The translations under genes and the position numbers were made by a program. Of a stretch of DNA of 64,000 bases, positions 50,806-58,567 are shown in pieces. The stretch spans positions 23,997 through 87,996 of the forward strand of contig QEXX01000120.1 in assembly GCA_003130835.1 (NCBI GenBank), in the 5' to 3' direction. Under the pieces are notes generated by a model that saw only the letters and a program-made list of their open reading frames with translations, was not told where the DNA came from and searched no databases. The stretch is from Anaerolineae bacterium (GTDB lineage: Bacteria; Chloroflexota; Anaerolineae; Anaerolineales; UBA4823). How positions within the stretch are numbered: the stretch's first letter is position 1; every line of letters begins with the position of its first letter.

Positions 50806-51765
50806 ATGGAAAAATCTGTGCTCCTTCCGGCTCCCGACCCTAGTCGCTTGGCAAAGGGTTACCTGATCTGCGTCGCCGCCACGATTTCGTGGGCTTTCAC
50901 CGGCATCTTCATTCGCTATTTGACGGTCAACTACCAGCTTTCCCCGCTGACGCTTTCTTTTTGGCGCGATGTCTTTGTGGTGCTGGGGTTAGTGATGATC
51001 TTTTCTGTTGGCAACCGAGCGCTCTTGCCGCCCGGCAAGGGGCGCTTGCCCTATTTTGCGCTTTATGGGGTGGTGGTTGCTTTGTTTAATGGCTTATGGT
51101 CGTTTTCGGTGGCGCTGAACGGCGCGGCGGCAGCCACCGTCTTGGCGTATAGCTCGGCTGCTTTCACCGCTTTGCTCGCCTGGCGGCTGTTCCGTGAGCC
51201 GCTGACCCCGATCAAAGTTCTGGCCGTCTCTTTGGGTTTGGGGGGCTGTGTACTGGTAGCAGGGGCGTATGACGCCGCGGCTTGGGCGCTCAATCCTTTC
51301 GGTATCTTGACCGGTTTGTGTTCGGGTTTGATCTTTGCTGTCTATAGCTTGATGGGAAAATTTACCGCCAATCGGGGCATTAATTCCTGGACAGCTCTGC
51401 TATATTCTTTCGCTTTCGCCGCTCTTTATTTCTTGCCGCTCAGCTTGCTGGGTGGTTGGCTGCAGGGCGTTTCCCCCCTGCAAAGCCTCTTTTGGCTGGG
51501 AAATCGTCCGCTGGGCTGGTTGGTGCTGTTCGTCCTGGGGGTTGGGCCGACCGTTGGCGGATTTGGCTTTTACAGCTTAAGCCTGAACTATTTACAAGCC
51601 AGCATTGCCAACCTGATTGCCATGATGGAGCCGTTGATTACGGCTGTCTTGGCTTATCTCTTGCTCGGTGAACGCCTGACTCCGCCGCAATTGCTGGGTG
51701 GAGGGATGATTTTAGGCAGCGTGCTTATCTTACGTTTGTTTGAGATGCGCTCGGGGAATCGATAG
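50806..51765 (+). CDS. DMT superfamily (EamA-type) transporter
   Basis: Ten hydrophobic segments and a duplicated EamA-like architecture. Start taken at ATG 50806 (MEKSV). Confidence 0.8.
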   Translation: MEKSVLLPAPDPSRLAKGYLICVAATISWAFTGIFIRYLTVNYQLSPLTLSFWRDVFVVLGLVMIFSVGNRALLPPGKGRLPYFALYGVVVALFNGLWSFSVALNGAAAATVLAYSSAAFTALLAWRLFREPLTPIKVLAVSLGLGGCVLVAGAYDAAAWALNPFGILTGLCSGLIFAVYSLMGKFTANRGINSWTALLYSFAFAALYFLPLSLLGGWLQGVSPLQSLFWLGNRPLGWLVLFVLGVGPTVGGFGFYSLSLNYLQASIANLIAMMEPLITAVLAYLLLGERLTPPQLLGGGMILGSVLILRLFEMRSGNR

Positions 51766-51941
51766 GTCTAAATCAAAGTAGCGAGGAAGGCTTTTGCGGC
51801 AGACGAAGGGTGGGGCGTCCGGCTACATGGGCAAAAAAGATGGACAATTGCAGAGCCATGAAAGGAAGAATCATTTTTTGATCTGGTCAAAATGCTGCTT
51901 TGCCGATTTTTCCTTTTCGGTCTCAATGTCCGCAGGAGTTT

Positions 51942-52547
51942 TTACGTTTTACGTAATGATAGTCTCCGCCCAACGGTTTGAGTGTCCGGTGGAGAGACGG
52001 GCATAGATAAAACTCCAAAATCTCTTGCATCCCGGACGGTGATCGTGCGGTAGCGGAAGTCAATATCCTTAACCCGCAATCGTATGCATTCCATCAAACG
52101 TAGACCGCAGCCATAGAGCAAACGTGCCATCAGCAGGTTTGTGCCCGGGAGATTGGTCAATACATGCTGCACCTCCTGCCTGGTTAGGATGGTCGGCAAA
52201 CGCTTTGGCTTCTTAGTATGCAGGGCATCGAGGGGGTGTTCCAAGTCTTTATGCAACACCTCTCAGTAAATGAGAAGCAATGCACGGTAGGCTTGATTTT
52301 GGGTGCAGGCGGCAGCATTTTCATTCACAGCCAGGTGGGTAAGAAAAGTCTCGATTTCGGCAGCGCCCATCTCGGCGGGGTGGCGTTTGTGATGGAAGAG
52401 GATGAAGCGGTGCACCCAGTCCACGTACGTGGTCTCGGTGCGATAGGAATAAGGTTTGAGCCGCAGGACTTTGCGCAGTTAGTCGAGAAGTTTCTTCGCC
52501 GTGATTGATAAAGCTCGGGAAGTATGATATGATGATTTTGCAAACAT
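51942..52547 (-). pseudogene. intI: Integron-type tyrosine recombinase (intI) pseudogene
   Basis: The minus-strand reading from ATG 52547 gives ...KKLLD*LRKVLRLKPYSYRTETTYVDWVHRFILFHHKRHPAEMGAAEIETFLTHLAV...TQNQAYRALLLIY*EVLHKDL...[10 protein letters not shown]...[32 protein letters not shown]. In-frame stops are TAA (52479-52481) and TGA (52263-52265). Similarity ends near 52026, before the catalytic H/Y region. Confidence 0.8.
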
Positions 52548-52870
52548 GATACATCTTTTTAGCACTTTGTCAAAATTTTGCTGTTTAGGCTGAGGGTGTC
52601 CGTAATTAACGCAATTATTTAGGCATTTGTCCGATTTTCGCATCAATTGCGGACGGAGGCAAGATATAAGCAGTTATCCTGAAGGATTCAACCTAATCCT
52701 ATGTTTTGCGGGGCATATCTGTGTCTAGGCAATCAAGCAAAGAAGATGGTAAACTAACAAAAGTCACTTTGTTGGCTGACCAAATATGCAGTTTCCTGAT
52801 GCCTCGAAAAGCCATCGGCATGCTATGTCCCCTACAATAGCCTATGTAGGTCCATACCGTTTCTTCTTAA

Positions 52871-53103
52871 CTGACGTTACGCAGTTCATTCGTGCCGCGA
52901 CATTCATGTCGCCTAAATCCACGAGATAAATCATTCGTGCCGCGACATGCATGGCGCCTGAAACCACGAGATAAATCTCGTGCTACCGCGTAAGCGACAT
53001 TCATGTCGCCTAAATCCACGAGATAAATCTCGCGCTACCGCGTAAGCGATATTCATGTCGCCTAAATCCACGAGATAAATCTCGCGCTACCGCGTAAGGT
53101 GAG
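52871..53103. mobile_element. MITE-like insertion with 7-bp target duplication
   Basis: Flanked by TTCTTAA at 52864-52870 and 53104-53110. The imperfect terminal inverted repeats are CTGACGTTACGCAGT and ACCGCGTAAGGTGAG (12 of 17). The interior is tandem repeats and there is no ORF. Confidence 0.5.
52887..53080. repeat. Four head-to-tail repeats (45, 45, 52 and 52 bp)
   Basis: The shared core is GCGACATTCATGTCGCCTAAATCCACGAGATAAAT. Each unit holds two mini-hairpins, GCGACAT/ATGTCGC and CGAGAT/ATCTCG. No spacers separate the units. Confidence 0.85.
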
Positions 53104-53285
53104 TTCTTAATACTCCGGTGATCGAAATGAGCCACCTCATGTTCATGTGGAAAGGGAAGGGAAAATTGCCAAGTTCTGGCTTAACCCAGTACGATTGCGA
53201 GACAGCGGCGGTTTTCGTCCCCACGAAGCCCGGCAGATTCAACAACTGGTGGAAGAGCGAGAAGCGATAATTTTGGAGCAGTGGA

Positions 53286-53597
53286 ATGAGTACTTTAGCG
53301 ATTGAACCACGGCTGGCAAAAGCCCAGGACGTGAAAGTGACAGACGATGAATTGATCGTTGCGCTCGATGATGGGCGGACGATCGTCGTGCCGTTAGTCT
53401 GGTATCCGCGGTTACTGCATGGCACAGCAGAAGAACGAAAGAAATGGCGCCTAATTGGGGGGGGACAAGGCATTCACTGGCCAGAATTGGATGAAGACAT
53501 CAGAGTGGAGCATTTGTTGGCAGGTATTCCATCAGGTGAGAGTCAGAAGTCGCTACAAAAGTGGCTAGCCAGCCGCAAGAAGTCCGGTTCTACGTAG
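53286..53597 (+). CDS. DUF2442 domain protein (partner of DUF4160)
   Basis: VPLVWYPRLLHGTAEERKKWRLIGGGQGIHWPELDEDI matches the DUF2442 pattern. The start overlaps the end of the DUF4160 remnant. Confidence 0.8.
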   Translation: MSTLAIEPRLAKAQDVKVTDDELIVALDDGRTIVVPLVWYPRLLHGTAEERKKWRLIGGGQGIHWPELDEDIRVEHLLAGIPSGESQKSLQKWLASRKKSGST

Positions 53598-53607
53598 GAG
53601 TAGCCCC

Positions 53608-53757
53608 GCCCAACACCGTTTGCAGCGGACACTTCGACTACGCTCAGTGCAGGCGGCGGCTTCGCCGCTTCGGGTATGCGCCATAAGCCAGCAGAGTTGA
53701 TTGCAGGCGAGGGAGTCTTGCCTGTCCCGCCGCTGCCGCTGAAACCAACCGTTGGGC
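53608..53757 (+). other. attC-like recombination site 1
   Basis: R'' GCCCAAC (53608-53614) and R' GTTGGGC (53751-53757) are perfect complements, extended as CCGCCCAAC / GTTGGGCGG. Internal imperfect dyad TTTGCAGCGG / CCGCTGAAA. Sits between cassettes. Confidence 0.6.
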
Positions 53758-53770
53758 GGCTTGGACTGCA

Positions 53771-55255
53771 TTGCCAAAAGGTTGTATACTTGTTGTAACT
53801 GCTACGAATTTGGAGTGTAAAGTGGTGCTAAATCCAGTCCAAGTCTCGAATGTTCTGGGTACCCAACAGAACATATCCCTCAACGAGATAGATCGCCTCG
53901 ACGAGCAGCTCTTTCAGCGGTTCAAAAGCAGGTTCGTCATCCAGCCCTCACTCTCTCGTCTTCTAGTCAGCTTTCAGGCCAATAAGACCAGACCCGTTTA
54001 TCGCTGGTACAGGTTCAAAGAAGCATTCTCTGCTTCTTTAGTGGAACATCTATTTCACAAATACGGAATTACCGCGGGCAGAATCCTAGATCCTTTCGCA
54101 GGAAGCGGAACGGCTCTGTTCGCAGCAAGCGCAATGGGCATAAACGCAGATGGCATAGAGCTGTTACCGATCGGTCACCAGATCATTACGGCCAAACAAA
54201 TTCTGGATGCAGAGTTCACACCCGAAGATTTTGAAAGATTACGCCAATGGGCAGAAATGCGGGTTTGGGAGCAGTCAGAAACGCGTTTCCCCTTACCAGA
54301 ACTGCGGATCACACAAGGAGCTTACCCTGACAGAACAAAGGAAGCCATTGAGAAATATTTGGGTGCATGTCAACAAGAGAATCGCAGAGTTCAGACCGTC
54401 TTGCGCTTTGCTTTACTCTGTGTCTTGGAGTCTATCAGTTTTACCCGCAAGGACGGCCAATATCTTCGGTGGGACTATCGGTCGGGACGCACCCATGGCA
54501 AAAAGATTTTTGACAAAGGGAACATTCCCAGTTTCGAACAAGCCATTTACGAGAAAATCAACGAAATTCTAGCCGATGTATCGCCCACTCACCAAGCCGG
54601 TTTATTCCCTACCGAAAAACTTCAGGGCGAAATTCGTTTGTACGATGGCTCATGCCTTCACATATTACCTACGTTGCCTGATGGGAACTATGATGCCATC
54701 ATGACCTCCCCGCCCTACTGCAACCGCTATGATTACACCCGCACGTATGCGTTGGAACTGGCATTACTGGGGACGAATGAACAAGGGTTGGTGAAACTCC
54801 GCCAGGAGATGCTCAGTTGCACGGTGGAAAACCGCGCTAAAGATCTGTTGGGTATTAATCCGCGGTGGATCACTGCATTGGCTGCTGCCGATAAGCAGAC
54901 GCTGTTACAGGCGATCCTGAAATACCTGGAAGACCAGAAAGCCCAAGGCGCTTTGAACAACAACGGCATTCCCAGGATGGTGAGGGGCTATTTTTACGAG
55001 ATGGCTTGTGTCATTTCAGAGTGTGCGCGTGTCTTGCAACCGAATGCGCTGCTATTGATGGTGAACGACAATGTACGCTATGCGGGCGCAAGTATTTCGG
55101 TGGATATGATACTCTCTGATATTGCTGAACAATTGGGTTTTCGCGTTGAGAATATTCTCGTTTTACCAGACGGCAAGGGCAACAGCAGTCAGCAGATGGG
55201 CGAGCATGGGCGAAAAGCTTTGCGCAAATGCGTGTACGTCTGGAGAAAATTATGA
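53771..55255 (+). CDS. Amino (N6A/N4C) DNA methyltransferase, intact paralog of the 30534 gene
   Basis: Motif [12 protein letters not shown] and motif [14 protein letters not shown] with a gap of about 200 aa between them. The likely true start is GTG 53822, preceded by GGAG. Confidence 0.85.
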   Translation: MPKGCILVVTATNLECKVVLNPVQVSNVLGTQQNISLNEIDRLDEQLFQRFKSRFVIQPSLSRLLVSFQANKTRPVYRWYRFKEAFSASLVEHLFHKYGITAGRILDPFAGSGTALFAASAMGINADGIELLPIGHQIITAKQILDAEFTPEDFERLRQWAEMRVWEQSETRFPLPELRITQGAYPDRTKEAIEKYLGACQQENRRVQTVLRFALLCVLESISFTRKDGQYLRWDYRSGRTHGKKIFDKGNIPSFEQAIYEKINEILADVSPTHQAGLFPTEKLQGEIRLYDGSCLHILPTLPDGNYDAIMTSPPYCNRYDYTRTYALELALLGTNEQGLVKLRQEMLSCTVENRAKDLLGINPRWITALAAADKQTLLQAILKYLEDQKAQGALNNNGIPRMVRGYFYEMACVISECARVLQPNALLLMVNDNVRYAGASISVDMILSDIAEQLGFRVENILVLPDGKGNSSQQMGEHGRKALRKCVYVWRKL

Positions 55256-56211
55256 TGCCCTCGCGCCCTTACCAAAACCATCTCCGCTCTAGCAATGACC
55301 TCGTAACGACTTACGAAGCCACGCGTGCAGGCTTTGTCGCACTTGCGCTTGAAAAGAATCGTCGCGCTACGCCTTACGTTGCCGAAGCGAGAGCATTACA
55401 AGAAGCCGCATCAAGGGCTAGAACCCCTGCTGACTTGCTGAGCATCAGGGGCATAGAATCGGGTCTCCTCACAGCGGCAGGATTGTCCGATAAAGCTCTC
55501 GTTCATTTACAGCCAGAAGATAAAAGGGAAGCCATCACTAATCTTATCAAGAACTTCCTCGATCCGGCAGGAGAAAAGTTTGTAGAGGAGCTGGTGTTCA
55601 GGTTTCTATTGACACGCGGCGACACGCTTGGCGGTTCAATGCGTAACATTGGCGGCGTCCTGGCACAGAGAAAACTTACTCGTGCCATCGTTTCCACCCT
55701 GACAATTGCTGGCATTCGATACCGCTGGCAACACGCCAAGACCAGACAATGGGTTGATATGACCGATGATGACTCGGAAATCGAGTTTTCTCTACGGGGA
55801 TTGAGTTGGGAAAGCGAAGGTAAGCCGCGCACCCTGATTTACAACTTGAGCGTGCCTTTGGTTAAGAACAATATAGATTTGTGCTTGTTCGATCTCAGTC
55901 CTGACGAATTGCAAGCCACCAGGTACAAATCAGCCCGGTCTTATATTGCTCTTGGCGAACTCAAAGGCGGAATAGACCCCGCAGGCGCAGATGAGCATTG
56001 GAAAACTGCGCGAGCGGCACTTGACCGTATCCGTGAAGTGTTTGCCAACGTGAGCCATTCCCCGTATCTCTTTTTTATTGGTGCGGCGATTGAGAAGAGA
56101 ATGGCCACTGAGATTTGGGATCAATTGGAAAAGGGAGTGCTCACAAACGCTGCCAATTTGAACGATCCGAACCAAATTGCATCAGTTTCTCGTTGGCTAT
56201 GTATGCTGTAA
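55252..56211 (+). CDS. Putative type II restriction endonuclease (PD-(D/E)xK-like)
   Basis: ATGA overlap with the methyltransferase stop. The candidate catalytic pattern is IDLCLFD ... [10 protein letters not shown]. No family recognised. Confidence 0.5.
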   Translation: MMPSRPYQNHLRSSNDLVTTYEATRAGFVALALEKNRRATPYVAEARALQEAASRARTPADLLSIRGIESGLLTAAGLSDKALVHLQPEDKREAITNLIKNFLDPAGEKFVEELVFRFLLTRGDTLGGSMRNIGGVLAQRKLTRAIVSTLTIAGIRYRWQHAKTRQWVDMTDDDSEIEFSLRGLSWESEGKPRTLIYNLSVPLVKNNIDLCLFDLSPDELQATRYKSARSYIALGELKGGIDPAGADEHWKTARAALDRIREVFANVSHSPYLFFIGAAIEKRMATEIWDQLEKGVLTNAANLNDPNQIASVSRWLCML

Positions 56212-56222
56212 TCGATATGGCC

Positions 56223-56293
56223 GCCCAACAAGCGTTTCCAGCCGACCCGCTCCGCTTCGCTACGCGGGCGGCTGGAAACGCAGGCCGTTAGCC
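56223..56293 (+). other. attC-like recombination site 2
   Basis: R'' GCCCAAC (56223-56229), L'' GCGTTTCCAGCCG, L' CGGCTGGAAACGC (a perfect 13-bp dyad), and R' GTTAGCC (56287-56293). Confidence 0.65.
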
Positions 56294-56326
56294 CGCCTTT
56301 CCGAATCTAGGTGGTAAAATACACAA

Positions 56327-57109
56327 ATGGATAAAAACGATTTTCTGACCGCGCTTCAGACGGAAGTAGCAATGTTTAATTCGGCGGTTTCCACTCCAAA
56401 TGGCGACTGGATTATCAAGGGATTTATTGATATAGCCAAGAACATTTACACTATTTCAGTGGACACAAAAGTTATCTCAAAAATCATGGAACTTTTGTTG
56501 TTCCCAGAACTTGCACGCTTTGCTGAAAAACACGGCTTAAAAATGGTGTTGTCCGAACAACAGAACTCCTATCCAGACATAAGTTTTGTGGATGATGAGG
56601 GTCATCGCTTCGCACTCGACTTGAAAAGCACTTACAGAGTTGATGGCAATCGTGTGAACGGTATGACACTTGGAGCTTTTACTGGATATTTCCGAGAAAG
56701 GAATAGCACAAAAAATATAACCTTTCCTTACGGTTCTTATATGGGTCATTTCGTTTTGGGCGTAATCTATTCAAAAACAGATGATTTGATTGATGAGCGA
56801 AGAAGATACACCCTTAATGAACTTGAGCGGATTACATCTGTTATCAAGGACTTCCAGTTCTTTGTTCAAGAGAAATATCGCATCGCATCTGACCGCCCAG
56901 GAAGTGGCAACACCAAAAACATTGGTTCAGTCACGGAGATTGATAAACTTGTAAATGGCGCTGGACCATTTGCTTCATTAGGGGAAGATGTTTTTGATGA
57001 CTACTGGATGTATTATTTGACCAAAGATATGGCAAGAGCAGCGGAACTGAAACGACCGCCTTACACTAATTTGCGTAGTTATTTAAAATACAAAGGTTTG
57101 TCAAAGTGA
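56327..57109 (+). CDS. EcoRV-like type II restriction endonuclease
   Basis: Matches my recollection of R.EcoRV along its whole length: DTKVISKIMEL, AEKHG, QQNSYPD (EcoRV QQNHYPD, D74), FALDLKSTY (EcoRV IAIDIKTTY, D90/K92) and GSGNTKNIGS (EcoRV GSGNTTNIGS). Confidence 0.85.
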   Translation: MDKNDFLTALQTEVAMFNSAVSTPNGDWIIKGFIDIAKNIYTISVDTKVISKIMELLLFPELARFAEKHGLKMVLSEQQNSYPDISFVDDEGHRFALDLKSTYRVDGNRVNGMTLGAFTGYFRERNSTKNITFPYGSYMGHFVLGVIYSKTDDLIDERRRYTLNELERITSVIKDFQFFVQEKYRIASDRPGSGNTKNIGSVTEIDKLVNGAGPFASLGEDVFDDYWMYYLTKDMARAAELKRPPYTNLRSYLKYKGLSK

Positions 57110-58047
57110 TTAACCAGGGTTTGCCGCGTACAGTAAAACGAGTCATCGTCCCTCCAATAAAGTGTCAGGGAATTAAAACTAAACTTGTCAAATTCATCTT
57201 GAGTAACATTTCCTGGAATGGCAAAGGGCGGTGGATAGAACCGTTTCTTGGATCAGGCGTAGTGTTGTTCAATGTCCAGCCAGAACGCGCATTACTCAAT
57301 GATGTTAATCCTCACATCATCAGGTTATACCAGATGATTTATGATGGAAATCTGTCGCCTGAACAAGTAAGGTCATACTTGACCGCAGAAGGCAAAATGT
57401 TATTGTCAAAGGGCGGAGATTATTATTATGCGGTCAGAGAACGTTTCAATAGAACTGGAGACCCTTTAGATTTTATTTTCCTCAACAGGTCGTGCTTCAA
57501 TGGAGTCATGCGTTTTAACAGCAAGGGTGAATTCAATGTTCCGTTTTGTCGTAAGCGAGATCGCTTTCGTCAAGCCTACGTAACCAAGATAGTAAATCAA
57601 ATTTCTCAAATACATAAAATTATGCAAGGCAAAGATTGGGAATTTCGTGCTGGAGACTGGCGAGAAGTTCTTATGGATGTAGATATAAATGACTTTGTTT
57701 ATCTTGACCCGCCCTACATTGGCAGGCATACAGATTACTATCAACAGTGGTCAGAAGACGACGCGGCAGATTTAGCAAGAATTGCTCGAAACTTGCCATG
57801 TGGTTTTGCGCTGTCTATGTGGAAAGAAAACAAGTATCGTCTAAATCAGCACATTGCTTCCTACTGGGATGGGCTAATAGAAAGAACATTTACTCATTTT
57901 TATCACGTAGGTTCAACAGAAAATCTTAGAAATTCAATGGAAGAAGCCCTATTGATAAAACCTGGTTATGAGACAGTGCTTATTGAGACTGCAAAATCTG
58001 ATAAGCCCATCCAATTGGCGTTTGCCTTACATGAACAGGCAGGCTAA
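57106..58047 (+). CDS. Dam-family (D12 class, alpha) N6-adenine DNA methyltransferase
   Basis: EPFLGSGVVLFN (motif I), NRSCFNG, and YLDPPYIG (motif IV). The GTG start overlaps the REase stop (GTGA). Confidence 0.9.
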   Translation: MINQGLPRTVKRVIVPPIKCQGIKTKLVKFILSNISWNGKGRWIEPFLGSGVVLFNVQPERALLNDVNPHIIRLYQMIYDGNLSPEQVRSYLTAEGKMLLSKGGDYYYAVRERFNRTGDPLDFIFLNRSCFNGVMRFNSKGEFNVPFCRKRDRFRQAYVTKIVNQISQIHKIMQGKDWEFRAGDWREVLMDVDINDFVYLDPPYIGRHTDYYQQWSEDDAADLARIARNLPCGFALSMWKENKYRLNQHIASYWDGLIERTFTHFYHVGSTENLRNSMEEALLIKPGYETVLIETAKSDKPIQLAFALHEQAG

Positions 58048-58105
58048 CCTCGCGCGGCAGCCGACGCCGCCTGCGGCGGCGCAGGTGATGCGCAGGCCGT
58101 TGGAC
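58042..58105 (+). other. attC-like recombination site 3
   Basis: GGCTAAC (58042-58048, overlapping the TAA stop) ... GCGCAGGCCGTTGGAC (R' GTTGGAC at 58099-58105). The 3' arm CGCAGGCCGTT is shared with attC 2. Confidence 0.45.
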
Positions 58106-58149
58106 GGCTTCCTCCAAATTCGGAATATCCCTTAACCCATTCAGGCGGC

Positions 58150-58178
58150 TTGACAGCCGTTGTTTTTTTGCCTATCAT
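58150..58178 (+). promoter_or_regulatory. Near-consensus sigma-70 promoter of the arsR-ATPase operon
   Basis: TTGACA (58150-58155), a 17-nt spacer, then TATCAT (58173-58178). Confidence 0.65.
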
Positions 58179-58199
58179 ATCAGCATATACTGATACGAT
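58174..58199. promoter_or_regulatory. ArsR/SmtB-type operator (26-bp imperfect palindrome)
   Basis: ATCATATCAGCATATACTGATACGAT, with arms TATCAG / CTGATA. It overlaps the -10 and ends 6 nt before the arsR ATG. Confidence 0.6.
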
Positions 58200-58204
58200 G
58201 ATTT

Positions 58205-58567
58205 ATGGAGCGCACGATGCTTATTGCCGCCAATCCCAAGACCGGTGAGTTGAAAGCCAAACTCTTTCGTGGCTTTTCTGACCCGTCACGCCTTGCCATT
58301 CTGGAAGCATTGCGGGATGGGGCGCTCACCGTAAGCGAAATCGTACAAGCCACCGGCTTAACCCAATCAAACGTATCCAATCATCTCGGTTGTTTGCGCG
58401 ATTGCGGACTTGTCACTGCTGAACAGCAAGGGCGCTTTGTTCGCTATGCATTGAGTGATGAGCGTGTTGGACAACTACTCCGCCTTGCGGATGAACTCCT
58501 CGCCGAGGTCGCCAAAGGCGTTTACGAATGCACACGCTATAACGCTAAGGAGTCCAACCATGGTTAA
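58205..58567 (+). CDS. ArsR/SmtB family metal-responsive repressor
   Basis: LFRGFSDPSRLAILEAL...LTVSEIVQATGLTQSNVSNHLGCLRDCGLV is the classic ArsR winged HTH, here with a CxxxC next to it. Confidence 0.9.
   Translation: MERTMLIAANPKTGELKAKLFRGFSDPSRLAILEALRDGALTVSEIVQATGLTQSNVSNHLGCLRDCGLVTAEQQGRFVRYALSDERVGQLLRLADELLAEVAKGVYECTRYNAKESNHG

Larger units (their letters stand above)
52825..53305 (+). pseudogene. DUF4160-family gene disrupted by a 233-bp insertion
   Basis: The N-terminal fragment MSPTIAYVGPYRFFL (52825-52869) and the C-terminal fragment YSGDRNEPPHVHVEREGKIAKFWLNPVRLRDSGGF...WNEYFSD* (53111-53305) together match the DUF4160 pattern. After removing the insert the two frames still differ by 1 nt. 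Confidence 0.6.

Noticed and set aside
52548-52824. Attempt to pinpoint attI and a Pc promoter next to the intI remnant (for example GTTTAGGC at 52583-52590 and GTTGGCT at 52771-52777)
   Set aside because: Neither site fits GTTRRRY cleanly, and I could not find convincing integrase-binding direct repeats or a -35/-10 pair. I left this uncalled.
52887-53080. Regularly spaced 45-52 bp repeats that at first glance look like a small CRISPR array
   Set aside because: The units are directly adjacent with no unique spacers, the repeat lengths are uneven, and the block is bounded by a target-site duplication inside a gene. This makes it a tandem-repeat or MITE-like insert, not CRISPR. There are no cas genes in the window.
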